From a virus (Duplodnaviria > Caudoviricetes): 42,030 bases of DNA. Where the stretch lies: IMG/VR virus record IMGVR_UViG_3300034110_000260, positions 1 through 42,030 of that record, one strand, 5' to 3'. The position numbers and the translations under genes are program-made. The notes under the pieces are model-generated. The model was not told where the DNA came from. It worked only from the letters and a program-made list of their open reading frames with translations, and did not search any database. Numbering within the stretch: position 1 is the first letter of the stretch; each line of letters begins with the position of its first letter. Shown here piece after piece: positions 32,948 to 42,030 of this stretch.

Positions 32948-35275
32948 TCAGATTATCGCGCCACGCACCTGCTCTGAATTGTTGCCGCCAGTTATTGTGA
33001 TCGTGTTGCCGTTTGTAATGATTGCTGGGTTGTCGCCAAGGATGCCGCCTGCTGCACCTTCTTCTGTATCTGTGCCACCGCCAGCGCCAGGATAGTTTTT
33101 ATCGCCTACAGCCCCGTCGGTTGATGGCTCTGTGCCAGTGCCAGCTATGCCGCCTAAGCCGCCAACAAATCCCTGACCGCCGCCGCCGCCGCCACCTGCG
33201 TAAGTAGTAACCAATCCTAAGCAGCGACCATTGCCTCCTGTGCCGCCATTGCCGCCGCCAGCGATTAAACCAAACGTGTTATCAATGATTGCGTCAGTAG
33301 TGAACTCAGAGCCAGCGCCGCCGACATCGCCAGAAAAGCCCATTACATTTAGGCATGTGCTTGTGTCAACATCCCACTCCGGCGATGCACCTGCGCCGCC
33401 CTGACCACCTGCGCCGATAAACTGCCCTTGGTTGATAATGCGTAGAGTTGCGCCACTTGCAAACGTACCTTGTCTAAATGCAGCCCAAGCATTTGAAGTG
33501 GAGCCGAAGATAGCACCTTGACTAACCACGACGATGTACTCTCTTGCCTCGCTAAAGTCGAAGTTATCAGAAAGGATATAATTGAAATACTCGCCTGCCG
33601 CAATGTAATAATCTGCATTTGGCGGCACGTTTGCTTTATAGCTGATACCGGTAACTTTCCATTTATCTGCTTTGCTCGATGCTACTACGCTTGTGCATTG
33701 GCAGATTAAAACTTCAGGATTGAATGCGCCGTCACAATAAACTGTGTTGACTGTTTCAATGGCAAAGACTGAGCCAAGCCATAAGCGGCCACCTGCGATT
33801 GTGCCGATGTACTTGCTATCTACCTCAAAAGACACTTCAACAGGAACTTGCGAATAACGTGCAACATTTCGCTGCGCAATCCCTGTTGCAATCAAATTGC
33901 CGTCCGGCGTGTTAGGCAGCCATCTAGAAACAACGTCAGCGCCTGCGTTTTTAGTGCCTAGGCGTGATTTGTCTTCTTCAAGTATCGCAGCGACTCTAAA
34001 AGTCTTTGCGTAGTTTTGCTGGTCTGTGCTCGAGTAGTTAAGCGGTGCCCATGAAACTAGCTGCCGAGTGATCAACTTGTCGAACTTGTTTTTAACTTGC
34101 AGCGTTCCTAGCTCTAAATGCTCAACTTGGTTGAAGGTAATAACTGGATCATCAAAGCTCGGAGTTGCTACGATTTTAATCTTGCGTTCAACAACATCAA
34201 CATACATTGTTAAGCCGGCGATTTGGATCAGCTCATTAAGCAGCTTTTTAACTTCAGTCTCTTTGGCTATGCAGTTTTTCAGCATGAATCCGGCTAAGTC
34301 ACCAGCCTTCAAAGCATCCCATTCAGCAGTAGGAATGTAGCTCGCGTCGATGTCTGTGTAATCTCGGAAAATCTCATCGATAATATCAATGATGTTAGTC
34401 AAATCCGGCCATGCCAAACACTTTTGCACTGTCGTATTAACTGCGTGTTCTGCAAGCGCAGTGCCGAACGATGCGCGAGTATCAAGCGAGACAACCACCG
34501 GAGTAACACCCGTTGCGCTTGTGACTGTGTACTCGATGTACTCGCTATCTATTGCAAGCGTACCTTGAAAGCCATTAGCGCCAAACTTGGCTTCAATTTC
34601 CGCAGCCGTTAAGCCACTCTCAAGAGCTATCGTCGCAGCCGTTGAAGATGTAGTAAGTGGAGCGTTTAACGTCGCGTTACTAGTCTCAGGTGCCTTTGCG
34701 TTGATTCCGTTAGTTAATGCTAAAACGTCAACTAATGAGAAGGTAACTGAGCCGCTTAAAGTCGGATTCTGATACTCATCAACAATGTAATGCTCGACGT
34801 TAAAGTTGGCATCATCATAAACACCGTTGACAAGATAGCCGCGCTTAATGCGTGCAGGACGATTTTTGATAAAGTTGCGAGCAAACAATTTAGCCCAATG
34901 CGCGCCACTGACTCGGCGGTCAGCATACAAGCCTGTTAACTCAAATGCATCTGAACTAACAAAGTCTTTTAGCGTGATGTTGGCCGAAGCCCTGAAACCA
35001 ATGTCGAAACTTGGGTTTGCCTTTGGTGCGTTGCTCTTTGCGTCAGTTAGATAAGGAAAGCAATCAAGGTTAACGATTCGCTGGTTTGAATAGCGATAAG
35101 TCCTGAATTCGCCTTCTTTATAAGCGCGAATGTCATTGGTTGTTTTGGGCGTGCCATAGCTTGATGGATCTAATGCAAACTCAGCGTCAAATGCTGGATC
35201 ATTAATATCTAAATCCAATTCAAAGATAACGCATAACTCGCGCTGAGATTGCGCTTTTAGTGTGTCAAAGCTCAT
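32948..35275 (-). CDS. Tail tip / baseplate hub protein with Gly-rich C-terminal domain
   Basis: 775 aa, second gene after tape measure; C-terminal GAGGQGGAG..GGGGGGQG. Confidence 0.7.
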   Translation of the reverse strand: MSFDTLKAQSQRELCVIFELDLDINDPAFDAEFALDPSSYGTPKTTNDIRAYKEGEFRTYRYSNQRIVNLDCFPYLTDAKSNAPKANPSFDIGFRASANITLKDFVSSDAFELTGLYADRRVSGAHWAKLFARNFIKNRPARIKRGYLVNGVYDDANFNVEHYIVDEYQNPTLSGSVTFSLVDVLALTNGINAKAPETSNATLNAPLTTSSTAATIALESGLTAAEIEAKFGANGFQGTLAIDSEYIEYTVTSATGVTPVVVSLDTRASFGTALAEHAVNTTVQKCLAWPDLTNIIDIIDEIFRDYTDIDASYIPTAEWDALKAGDLAGFMLKNCIAKETEVKKLLNELIQIAGLTMYVDVVERKIKIVATPSFDDPVITFNQVEHLELGTLQVKNKFDKLITRQLVSWAPLNYSSTDQQNYAKTFRVAAILEEDKSRLGTKNAGADVVSRWLPNTPDGNLIATGIAQRNVARYSQVPVEVSFEVDSKYIGTIAGGRLWLGSVFAIETVNTVYCDGAFNPEVLICQCTSVVASSKADKWKVTGISYKANVPPNADYYIAAGEYFNYILSDNFDFSEAREYIVVVSQGAIFGSTSNAWAAFRQGTFASGATLRIINQGQFIGAGGQGGAGASPEWDVDTSTCLNVMGFSGDVGGAGSEFTTDAIIDNTFGLIAGGGNGGTGGNGRCLGLVTTYAGGGGGGGQGFVGGLGGIAGTGTEPSTDGAVGDKNYPGAGGGTDTEEGAAGGILGDNPAIITNGNTITITGGNNSEQVRGAII

Positions 35276-36042
35276 GCAATCCCCTTAATAGTTAATTGAA
35301 CCGATGTAAAGTAAGATGTATCAAACTTAGGCTTTGATGCTTCCCAATGGCCGAAGATAACCGCGCCCTGCTTGTCGTATTGATTCCAACCGCACCAAAC
35401 GGGGCGACCTTTTGCAATCTTGCGGAATTGTTTGAACTGACCATCCATAAAATCAGAAGTAATATAGTTAAACTGCATAACCTGAGTCGAGCCTTTGCGC
35501 TCAATGGTTGACGCGCCTAAGTTCAAGCTCTGCGTAGTTGATGCGGTCACTTCATCATCGTCTGACCATTCCCCGGGCTGTAACCCAACCGAAGGCAAAG
35601 ACGGCATTTGCAGTGCTTCACCGAAAGCGGCCTCACCAACATACAGCGTAGCCGTTGACGTAAAGACAAACCTAACCTTTGTCGTTTCAACCTGAGTGAA
35701 TACGCGCATAACTGGCTTGTGGTCTTCGTCTGCTGTGAGATTGCATTGCAGCACATAAGCGGAGCCATTCCACGTGTAGAAATCGCATTCAACGCCACCG
35801 GATAGCCAGTTAACGCCTGCAAGCCCGACACAGTTAACAGGCTGCGAAGTGAATGACAGTTCAACAGTGTTTGTGCCAGCAGGTTGGCTATAAAAGATGT
35901 TAGTCATCCAATCGTATAACCTGCCAACATCTCCGCCAGTGACAACCGTAGCGCCTTGCATGGCGTTTTGGTAAAGGATAAATGTTGCTTTAGTATTTGA
36001 GCCGCCGGCAACAACGCTTTCGGGCGATAAGAAAATGTCCAC
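35272..36042 (-). CDS. Distal tail (Dit-like) protein
   Basis: Directly after tape measure; beta-rich, YVGEAAFG motif. Confidence 0.55.
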   Translation of the reverse strand: MDIFLSPESVVAGGSNTKATFILYQNAMQGATVVTGGDVGRLYDWMTNIFYSQPAGTNTVELSFTSQPVNCVGLAGVNWLSGGVECDFYTWNGSAYVLQCNLTADEDHKPVMRVFTQVETTKVRFVFTSTATLYVGEAAFGEALQMPSLPSVGLQPGEWSDDDEVTASTTQSLNLGASTIERKGSTQVMQFNYITSDFMDGQFKQFRKIAKGRPVWCGWNQYDKQGAVIFGHWEASKPKFDTSYFTSVQLTIKGIA

Positions 36043-36043
36043 G

Positions 36044-37843
36044 TTATGCTCCTTGTAAGCGCTGCACTGATTCTAGGCTTGCAACTAATCGCTTGGTAAA
36101 TGATACCGGTAAAACTTCGTTGTTGTCTAATCTGTCTAACTGCTCTTGCAATCCAGCCAAGCCAGTTATCTCAAAAGCTCCGACTGTCGGTGCTGCTTGC
36201 GGAGTTGTTGGCAGTGTTGCGCTTGCGCTTGAGATTGAAGCCGATGAACCGCCGCCGCTGATGTTGGTTGATTTTATTGTGCTAATTAAAGCCGCACCTT
36301 CTGCCGCAACCTGAGCAGCGAAACCTAAGTTTGCCGGATATGGATTGTTAAGCGCTTGAGCTACGCCGCCTGCTATGTTTACAAGTGACGTTGCAATGGC
36401 AGCATTTTTCTGCGCCTGAAATGACTTAGAGCCAAAAGCCGCAACCAACTGAATCCCTGCATTAGCCGCTGACTGTTGCGCGTTTAGCTCTCGACTCCAC
36501 ATCTGCTGCTTCATTTGCAGTTTTGCTTCGTCGTATTGCTGGTTGATGGCAGCGATTTGATCTTGAAAAGCAATTTCAGCTTGCAGCTTTTGCTCTTTGT
36601 TGATGTTGTCCATTTCCATCAGCTGCTGATACTCGCTTGACGCTGCCAATAGTCGCGCTGAAGTCTGAGCGGCAAGGCTCGCTTCTTCTTGCGAAAACAA
36701 TCCATCGCGCACGCTTTGTTGCAGCACCGCTTCACTAGCTAAAGTCTGAGTTTCAAGCCTGATGTTAGCAATGCGTTGGTCGATTCTTTCTTGATCGCGC
36801 TTGGCTCTTTCTGCTCTGCGCTTCTCTGCTTCAATCTCTTTCAGGTCGGCGTTGGCTTGCTCGGTAATTTCTTTTGTAAGCTCTGCCGATGATAGCGAAG
36901 TTGCTTTTTGCTGCTGCTCAAGGTTGTAGTTGTCAGTGATTAGCTGCTTAATCTTTGGATCTAATTCATCAACTGAATCTGCCTGCGTGCTGAATGCTGC
37001 CGCCAATAATCTAGCTGCAAGCTCACCTTGCGTTAGCTCTATGCGCTGCAATTCAAGTTGTTGAGTGAGTGATGCTGTTTTATCAACTGCATCGTTTTGG
37101 CCGTCAACAAGTGATTCGTTAATCACCTTGCTTGTGTTGTTCATTTGGTCGGCGTAAGACTTCATTTCAGCTTGAGCTTTCAACAGCTCAGCACCAACTG
37201 CATTGAGTCTAACTGCCAATCTGTCTTGCGCAGGGCCGGAAGATTCTAGCAATTCCTTGGTTAGCTTTTCAGACTCTAACCGCAGTTTGGTAACTTTGTC
37301 CTGTTGTTTTTCGTATTCGGTTGATAGCTTTCCTAACTCAACCTGAGTGAAAGCCTTTTTGCTTTCTGCATCTAAGTCTTGCAGTGACTTTTGTAGATCA
37401 TCAAGTTTCTTTTTCAGGTCGTCTGATGATTCTCCGGCATTGATGAAGCTGCTGATTAATGGACCGCCAACAGCCGCAGCTATACCAACAACAGCACCAA
37501 GCAACGGAAAGCCAAGCACAAAGCCTAAGTCTGATGCTTGCTGAGAAAGAGCAACCAATGGCGATGTGCCTGCGGTAACTTGTCCAACAAATTGTTGGAT
37601 TTGCATACCTGCCATGCCCGCTTTTCTGCCAATGTCACCAAGCGCATTTGAGTTAGTGCCAAGCGCCTGACTAACAGCTTGAGCCGTTTTGGTTGTCTGC
37701 GTGTTAACCTGGTTAAGTTGTCCAATTTCGGCGGTTGTCTTGTCAGCCGCAGTGCCAAGCTGCACCATTGACTTATCTAAGCTGTCAATCTGCGCTTTGC
37801 TGTCGCCTGCGTCAATCTTGACCTTAATCACTTTATCTGTCAT
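36044..37843 (-). CDS. Tail tape measure protein
   Basis: 599 aa Ala/Gln-rich helical; GMQIQQFVGQVTAGTSPLVALSQQ; follows frameshifted chaperone. Confidence 0.88.
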   Translation of the reverse strand: MTDKVIKVKIDAGDSKAQIDSLDKSMVQLGTAADKTTAEIGQLNQVNTQTTKTAQAVSQALGTNSNALGDIGRKAGMAGMQIQQFVGQVTAGTSPLVALSQQASDLGFVLGFPLLGAVVGIAAAVGGPLISSFINAGESSDDLKKKLDDLQKSLQDLDAESKKAFTQVELGKLSTEYEKQQDKVTKLRLESEKLTKELLESSGPAQDRLAVRLNAVGAELLKAQAEMKSYADQMNNTSKVINESLVDGQNDAVDKTASLTQQLELQRIELTQGELAARLLAAAFSTQADSVDELDPKIKQLITDNYNLEQQQKATSLSSAELTKEITEQANADLKEIEAEKRRAERAKRDQERIDQRIANIRLETQTLASEAVLQQSVRDGLFSQEEASLAAQTSARLLAASSEYQQLMEMDNINKEQKLQAEIAFQDQIAAINQQYDEAKLQMKQQMWSRELNAQQSAANAGIQLVAAFGSKSFQAQKNAAIATSLVNIAGGVAQALNNPYPANLGFAAQVAAEGAALISTIKSTNISGGGSSASISSASATLPTTPQAAPTVGAFEITGLAGLQEQLDRLDNNEVLPVSFTKRLVASLESVQRLQGA

Positions 37844-38190
37844 CGCGCACCTTTTCGCTTAATCGCGTCAATGTCTTTTTGCCGCTTGTCGTTGATTAGT
37901 TTCATCAAGTGATCATCCAATCTCTTTAAAACTGCAATCGCTAAATCTTGCTCATACTCTATTCTAGCAGTGACTTGCTCTAATGTCGCTAATGATGCGC
38001 GCCTATCTGGCTCGGCTTCTCTGCGCGCTTCGTAGAAAGCGCAAAGCAAAGCAAACTGCCTTTCGTCTAGCTCAACCGATTCAAGCTCTTTTAGCACTTC
38101 AGCAGCGTGATTTGTGCCGCCGTATTTGTCCATCTGTAAAGCCGCTTTATAATCCGCTTGCAAGTCCCGACCGTTAAAGTCGGCTGCTAC
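37840..38190 (-). CDS. Tail assembly chaperone, -1 frame extension (gpT-like)
   Basis: -1 frame continues EKK-VAADFNGRDLQADYKAALQ... to stop at 37840. Confidence 0.75.
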   Translation of the reverse strand, partial: VAADFNGRDLQADYKAALQMDKYGGTNHAAEVLKELESVELDERQFALLCAFYEARREAEPDRRASLATLEQVTARIEYEQDLAIAVLKRLDDHLMKLINDKRQKDIDAIKRKGAR

Positions 38191-38196
38191 TTTTTT
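38167..38196 (-). other. Programmed -1 frameshift site A AAA AAG with downstream hairpin
   Basis: Heptamer 38196-38190 before TAG; stem CCGACT-ttaac-GGTCGG 38183-38167. Confidence 0.85.
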
Positions 38197-38591
38197 TCGA
38201 GCTTATCTCCGTCTGCCTGCGCTTCATCGTGCAGATAGTTTTCAAAGCGTAGAGCCGCACTGACTAAAATGTCATTGAGTGATAGAAAATATTCTGGATT
38301 GGTGAATATGTTCCTTGCTGCTTCTTTCGAGTATTCAAGTGCGCCGTCTTGGTCTTCTAATCCATGCCAACCGGTAACGCCGTACTCAGTGAGCCAATGA
38401 CCGTAAAGCCGATTATTATCGACTTCTGACATCTTATGAAATGGCCCGTACAATTGCTGCCGGATATTCTTCAGTGATTCTTGGCTTTCTTTCGTGCCAA
38501 GCCTGCGCACATAGAAAACAGCATCACCAACAGCGATTGGCGCACCGCCTTGCTGCAACTCTTTTGACTCTCTGACTTCTGATAGTTTCAT
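38187..38591 (-). CDS. Tail assembly chaperone (gpG-like)
   Basis: Between tail tube and tape measure; ends in slippery site. Confidence 0.82.
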   Translation of the reverse strand: MKLSEVRESKELQQGGAPIAVGDAVFYVRRLGTKESQESLKNIRQQLYGPFHKMSEVDNNRLYGHWLTEYGVTGWHGLEDQDGALEYSKEAARNIFTNPEYFLSLNDILVSAALRFENYLHDEAQADGDKLEKK

Positions 38592-38605
38592 TTTGTTCCT
38601 GCAAT

Positions 38606-38626
38606 AAAAAAGGCTCCGAAGAGCCT
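38606..38626 (-). terminator. Terminator after major tail gene
   Basis: AGGCTC-TTCG-GAGCCT-TTTTT. Confidence 0.85.
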
Positions 38627-38646
38627 AGTTTATACTTAACTGACCA

Positions 38647-39828
38647 TTAAGACCAGTTGCGGAAAACTGCAATCGTATAACCTAGCGCCGCAGACTTTTC
38701 AGCCGCCGCACTAAAGGTGTCAGCGCTGATTGCATTCTGACCGTCTTCCATATCCCACTCGGTTAAAACAACTTGCGGAAGATGAACAACAGTTTTGTGA
38801 CCGCCGCCATGGTCAAACTCAACACCGAAAGCAACGCGAGTCCCTGCGTAGTACAGACTGCGCACAGCCATTGAGTTAGCAATAGTCGAGCGCGAAGCGC
38901 CGTCCATTGTTACTTCAAACTGGCCGCGACTCATGCGAGGCGTGCAACCTGCTGCTTGGTCTGTTTGATAGTTGTTGTTAACAGTGATATTTGCAGACTT
39001 CAGCACGCATAAGGCAGTTAAGTCGTTAAAATACCAGTTGGCAACGTTTTGCACTGCTGATAACGGGTCGTCAGTCAGTTGCGCGCCGTCAGTTTGGCCG
39101 CTGATTGCTGTAGATGCTGCTGAGTCTTTCTCAAACATCATTGAGCCGGTTGAAGTAATAACGCCTGTCTCGCCAACTTCTAACGTTTGTTGGTTGATCA
39201 AGCCATCATAAGGCGTGTCATAGTTAACATCGCCCACAGCAGCATCATCAATAACTCGGTTTTGGCCTGCGTAGTAAGTTGGAGTGTTTGCGTTGTATGT
39301 TTTGCGTGTTGCAATAGTAATCGACGGCCCTGCAACTGCTGTAGCTGCTGGCGCCGGATAAGTGCTGATAGTGCCGTTGTTGGCTTTTGCACTGATGCGG
39401 TAAGTGCGATTGTTTAGCGCGTTAGCAAAGCCAGTGACGAAAATAAAATCACCGACTGACAAGTTAGTGAAACCATTTGCAGAGTCAGTAAAGCCTGAAG
39501 CTGTTGCAGCAATGCCTGTCCCTGTAACTGTAACTGCCGACTCTGTGCCGTGAATAGTTGACAGTAACAGACTGATGGTTTGCTTTGTTGCTTCAGTGGC
39601 AATCTCTGCCATTAGCTCTTTTGCGTCTTGAATTTGCTTTGCAGCGTTAAAGTCTAGTGATACTTCGGCGCTTTGTGTGTAGCTAATCGACTTTTTGAAC
39701 CGACCGCTAACACGCCGTACCGGAGTGAAAACTGGACTTGAGTTAATTGCGCCCTTAGCTGTTTGTTCGCTAAGGTAGAATTTCCAATCACCGCCAACAA
39801 TTTGACGGTCAGCTACAGTTGTTGGCAT
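38647..39828 (-). CDS. Major tail tube protein
   Basis: 393 aa; position after terminator protein, followed by terminator hairpin and chaperone. Confidence 0.8.
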   Translation of the reverse strand: MPTTVADRQIVGGDWKFYLSEQTAKGAINSSPVFTPVRRVSGRFKKSISYTQSAEVSLDFNAAKQIQDAKELMAEIATEATKQTISLLLSTIHGTESAVTVTGTGIAATASGFTDSANGFTNLSVGDFIFVTGFANALNNRTYRISAKANNGTISTYPAPAATAVAGPSITIATRKTYNANTPTYYAGQNRVIDDAAVGDVNYDTPYDGLINQQTLEVGETGVITSTGSMMFEKDSAASTAISGQTDGAQLTDDPLSAVQNVANWYFNDLTALCVLKSANITVNNNYQTDQAAGCTPRMSRGQFEVTMDGASRSTIANSMAVRSLYYAGTRVAFGVEFDHGGGHKTVVHLPQVVLTEWDMEDGQNAISADTFSAAAEKSAALGYTIAVFRNWS

Positions 39829-39830
39829 GT

Positions 39831-40235
39831 TTAGAACCCCTCACAATAAAAATTAATAGTTACTTGATAACCCAGCCATGGATCATCTTCAATTTTAGCA
39901 GTATTGGCCTCGAATGTCTTTACATTGCCAAACTCGGTATTTTCTAGCAGCGCAATGAAAGCCTCGCACAGCGTAAGATTGCCGTTAACTCCTGAGCCTT
40001 TCGGAGTGAACACGTCAACTACTAGCAATCCGTTGCGGCGAACCCATGCAGAGCCGCCACCAACTGCAACGTTATTCGATGCGGTATTGATAACATTAAT
40101 CCGCGCCCAAGGTGCATTGGCTGGCTGTTGCCACCCTGATTGATTTGGATAGTAAATTGAAACACCTGAAGGCGGAGCGCCTGCAATCTGTGCAGTAATA
40201 CTTTTTACCGCTTCGCTAAATCTTTTATCTGCCAT
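39831..40235 (-). CDS. Tail terminator protein
   Basis: YPN..PWARINV..GLLVVDVFTPKGSG motif. Confidence 0.78.
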   Translation of the reverse strand: MADKRFSEAVKSITAQIAGAPPSGVSIYYPNQSGWQQPANAPWARINVINTASNNVAVGGGSAWVRRNGLLVVDVFTPKGSGVNGNLTLCEAFIALLENTEFGNVKTFEANTAKIEDDPWLGYQVTINFYCEGF

Positions 40236-40614
40236 AGCTTACCGCCTGTGCAATTGCTTTTTCTACGTATTTACTTCCAGCCTGAGCAGACCAGCCTTCG
40301 TTTAATCGCTGAATATACGGAAGGTTGTTAACTATCCATAAAACAGGCAAAGAATCTGAAGGATAGCTTTCCGTTACTGTGCGAGCTAAATCAATGGAGT
40401 AACTGCCGGATGCGTTGAAAGTCGATGTGTTTTCATTGATGCGCGTTTCAGGCTCGTTGATGCTCATCAGCCAATTCGCCTTAGCTTGACCATCTTTAAA
40501 TGGGGTAGCCGCAACAATGGCTTGATCTGCCAACATGCCGAGCTTGCGTATCTCATCAGATGCAAACTCTGTTAGCTCTACTCTGATTGAAAAACCTTCA
40601 GCGTATGCAGTCAT
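40225..40614 (-). CDS. Tail completion / neck protein (HK97 gp10-like)
   Basis: TPFKDGQAKANW..NNLPYIQRLNEGWSAQA. Confidence 0.8.
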   Translation of the reverse strand: MTAYAEGFSIRVELTEFASDEIRKLGMLADQAIVAATPFKDGQAKANWLMSINEPETRINENTSTFNASGSYSIDLARTVTESYPSDSLPVLWIVNNLPYIQRLNEGWSAQAGSKYVEKAIAQAVSYGR

Positions 40615-40970
40615 TAGCGCACCCTCAACACAAGTCTAACGGTCGCGTCAGCAGCATCTAGCTTAATCGCAATGATTGACATAGCCACGCCGCCCAAGCT
40701 GCAATAATCACCCACGCTTGGTACGAATGTATCAATGCGAGTATAAACCGCTCCAGTGTCGCTCTGCTGCGCGTCTGTGCCTTGCCAGTCAATTAGGTCA
40801 ACGCCAAACTTGATCGCTTGATAGGTGCGTTGCGTTGCGCCTGTGTACGCTTCAGTAACCGGATTATAAGTCCCGCCGCTCGTAATGACTAAAGCCTGCC
40901 GAAAGTCGGCAAACTCAGAGTCGATAAGCTCGCTTGCTAGGTCTTTGAATTCCTGCTTTGTGGTAGCCAT
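40614..40970 (-). CDS. Head closure / head-tail joining protein
   Basis: GTYNPVT motif; position. Confidence 0.7.
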   Translation of the reverse strand: MATTKQEFKDLASELIDSEFADFRQALVITSGGTYNPVTEAYTGATQRTYQAIKFGVDLIDWQGTDAQQSDTGAVYTRIDTFVPSVGDYCSLGGVAMSIIAIKLDAADATVRLVLRVR

Positions 40971-41113
40971 TAATCAACCTTAACAAGTTCAATGCAAGAC
41001 TTAGGGATGTATGGCGCTTGGTTTAATAGATAAACCTGAACAAGCCAAACCGGATAAAGCAGCTTCATCCACCACTTTACTTTCACTCTAAAAGTTAGCT
41101 TTGAATTCGCCAT
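40970..41113 (-). CDS. Hypothetical 47-aa peptide
   Basis: Hand translation MANSKLTFRVKVKWWMKLLYPVWLV...; fills gap exactly. Confidence 0.5.
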   Translation of the reverse strand: MANSKLTFRVKVKWWMKLLYPVWLVQVYLLNQAPYIPKSCIELVKVD

Positions 41114-41114
41114 G

Positions 41115-41561
41115 TCAGCCCCTTTGCAATCCTGAATTGCCTCTCACAAACGGCATTAGCAATCTGTCAAGCTCTGGCACTCGCGCCTTGTATGTTACCT
41201 GCGAGCCGGATTCGTAACTAACCGACTTTGAACCAACGCCATCGAGCGATTTGGATTCTGCTGCAATTAATCCGCCAGCAAGCACAGTTGCATCAAGTGA
41301 CAATCTTCCTGCCTGTTGTAGCTCAACAGCTTTTAATGCTGCCTTGCTAATATCAGCAATGGCAACAACATCAGTCGGCAAGCTCATTGCCTGCGCTGCG
41401 TCTAGCTCTTGGCCTTTGAAGTTGTAGTAGGTATCAATGAAGTCAGCAGATAGGATCAAATCTTGGTCAAGCGTTGCATTTGATACAACAATCCCGCGCT
41501 CTGCTGCGTAGGCTTCATAAGCTGCTGCTGTAGTGTAAGAGTTTGTGCCGAGTGTAGCCAT
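41115..41561 (-). CDS. Head-tail connector/adaptor (DnaT-like family)
   Basis: TNSY..YAAERG..ADFID..FKG..Q..VGSKSVSY..LDRLLMPF. Confidence 0.78.
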   Translation of the reverse strand: MATLGTNSYTTAAAYEAYAAERGIVVSNATLDQDLILSADFIDTYYNFKGQELDAAQAMSLPTDVVAIADISKAALKAVELQQAGRLSLDATVLAGGLIAAESKSLDGVGSKSVSYESGSQVTYKARVPELDRLLMPFVRGNSGLQRG

Positions 41562-41911
41562 TACTTACCCCCGAAGGCGAACAAAGCTGCAATAGCTGCC
41601 GGACTGAGTAAAGTTGAAACCAGCAGCCAGCTAATCTTTCCGCCGAAGTTTCTGATGCTGTCAATCATCGGCTGGTTTGCTGCGGCTTGCTCGCGTAAAG
41701 CTCTGACGTCTTTTGATAGCTCGCTAGACTGAGCTGCAACGTGGTCATGCTTTACCATATACTGCTGAAGGGTAACAACTAAATCCTGAATAGCCTTCGT
41801 CGATGACTTTTGACTTTCAATCATGTCACGGGAGAAACTGCGTATCTCGATGATCTCCCTGTCGTGCTGGTCTACTTTCTTCTGGATGCTGCCGATCAGT
41901 TCTTCGCTCAT
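41561..41911 (-). CDS. Coiled-coil protein with C-terminal TM helix, copy 2
   Basis: 116 aa homolog of 2299-2646. Confidence 0.8.
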   Translation of the reverse strand: MSEELIGSIQKKVDQHDREIIEIRSFSRDMIESQKSSTKAIQDLVVTLQQYMVKHDHVAAQSSELSKDVRALREQAAANQPMIDSIRNFGGKISWLLVSTLLSPAAIAALFAFGGK

Positions 41912-42030
41912 GTTTCATGGCCTTACATAAATTTAGAATCACTATTAAAGCGATTATAGTTTGAACTGTTACCAGTACGCAAACGACTATTAATATGTGT
42001 TCGTTCAACGGCTGCACTCCCTAGCACCGC
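41904..42030. repeat. 127-bp exact direct repeat, copy 2 (contig end)
   Basis: Identical to 2639-2765. Confidence 0.95.

Noticed and set aside
41904-42030. Biological terminal repeat or attL/attR pair
   Set aside because: Exactly 127 nt ending at the contig edge fits an assembler k-mer overlap; partner is internal; no integrase; the flank is phage, not host, DNA
1-42030. tRNA, rRNA, IS elements, introns/inteins
   Set aside because: None seen by eye: intergenic gaps are short, TerL and DnaB have normal lengths; tRNAscan/ISEScan not run

Overview
Near-complete genome of a tailed dsDNA phage with a siphovirus-type morphogenesis module. The host is probably a gammaproteobacterium (inference from P22/lambdoid homologs). 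The last 127 nt (41904-42030) exactly repeat 2639-2765, so 2639-41903 (39,265 bp) closes into a circle, while 1-2638 is a dangling arm carrying P22-like podovirus tail genes (gp10, gp26) and a DDxxD protein, most likely from a second phage that shares a small membrane-protein cassette. The circle encodes TerS/TerL, MuF, portal, scaffold, a P22-family coat, neck/tail genes with a -1 frameshifted chaperone, tape measure, tailspike, DUF5675 lysin and holin, an accessory fibre module, initiator/loader/DnaB with iterons, NinB/NinG, RecT/exonuclease/SSB and three candidate DNA-modification enzymes. No integrase or CI-type repressor was recognised. Most interesting signals: (i) an identical twin GCGGUGC-hairpin operator in front of both terS and scaffold; (ii) a separately promoted 23-aa peptide + multi-TM protein + coiled-coil/TM cassette with a consensus CsrA site, at least partly shared between sipho and podo contexts; (iii) a ~195-nt candidate sRNA with anti-Shine-Dalgarno motifs behind the capsid gene; (iv) a terpene-synthase-like DDxxD protein in the P22 gp14 slot; (v) an orphan TGT/DpdA-like gene. 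Family assignments are from recognition of motifs by eye and memory, not from database searches.
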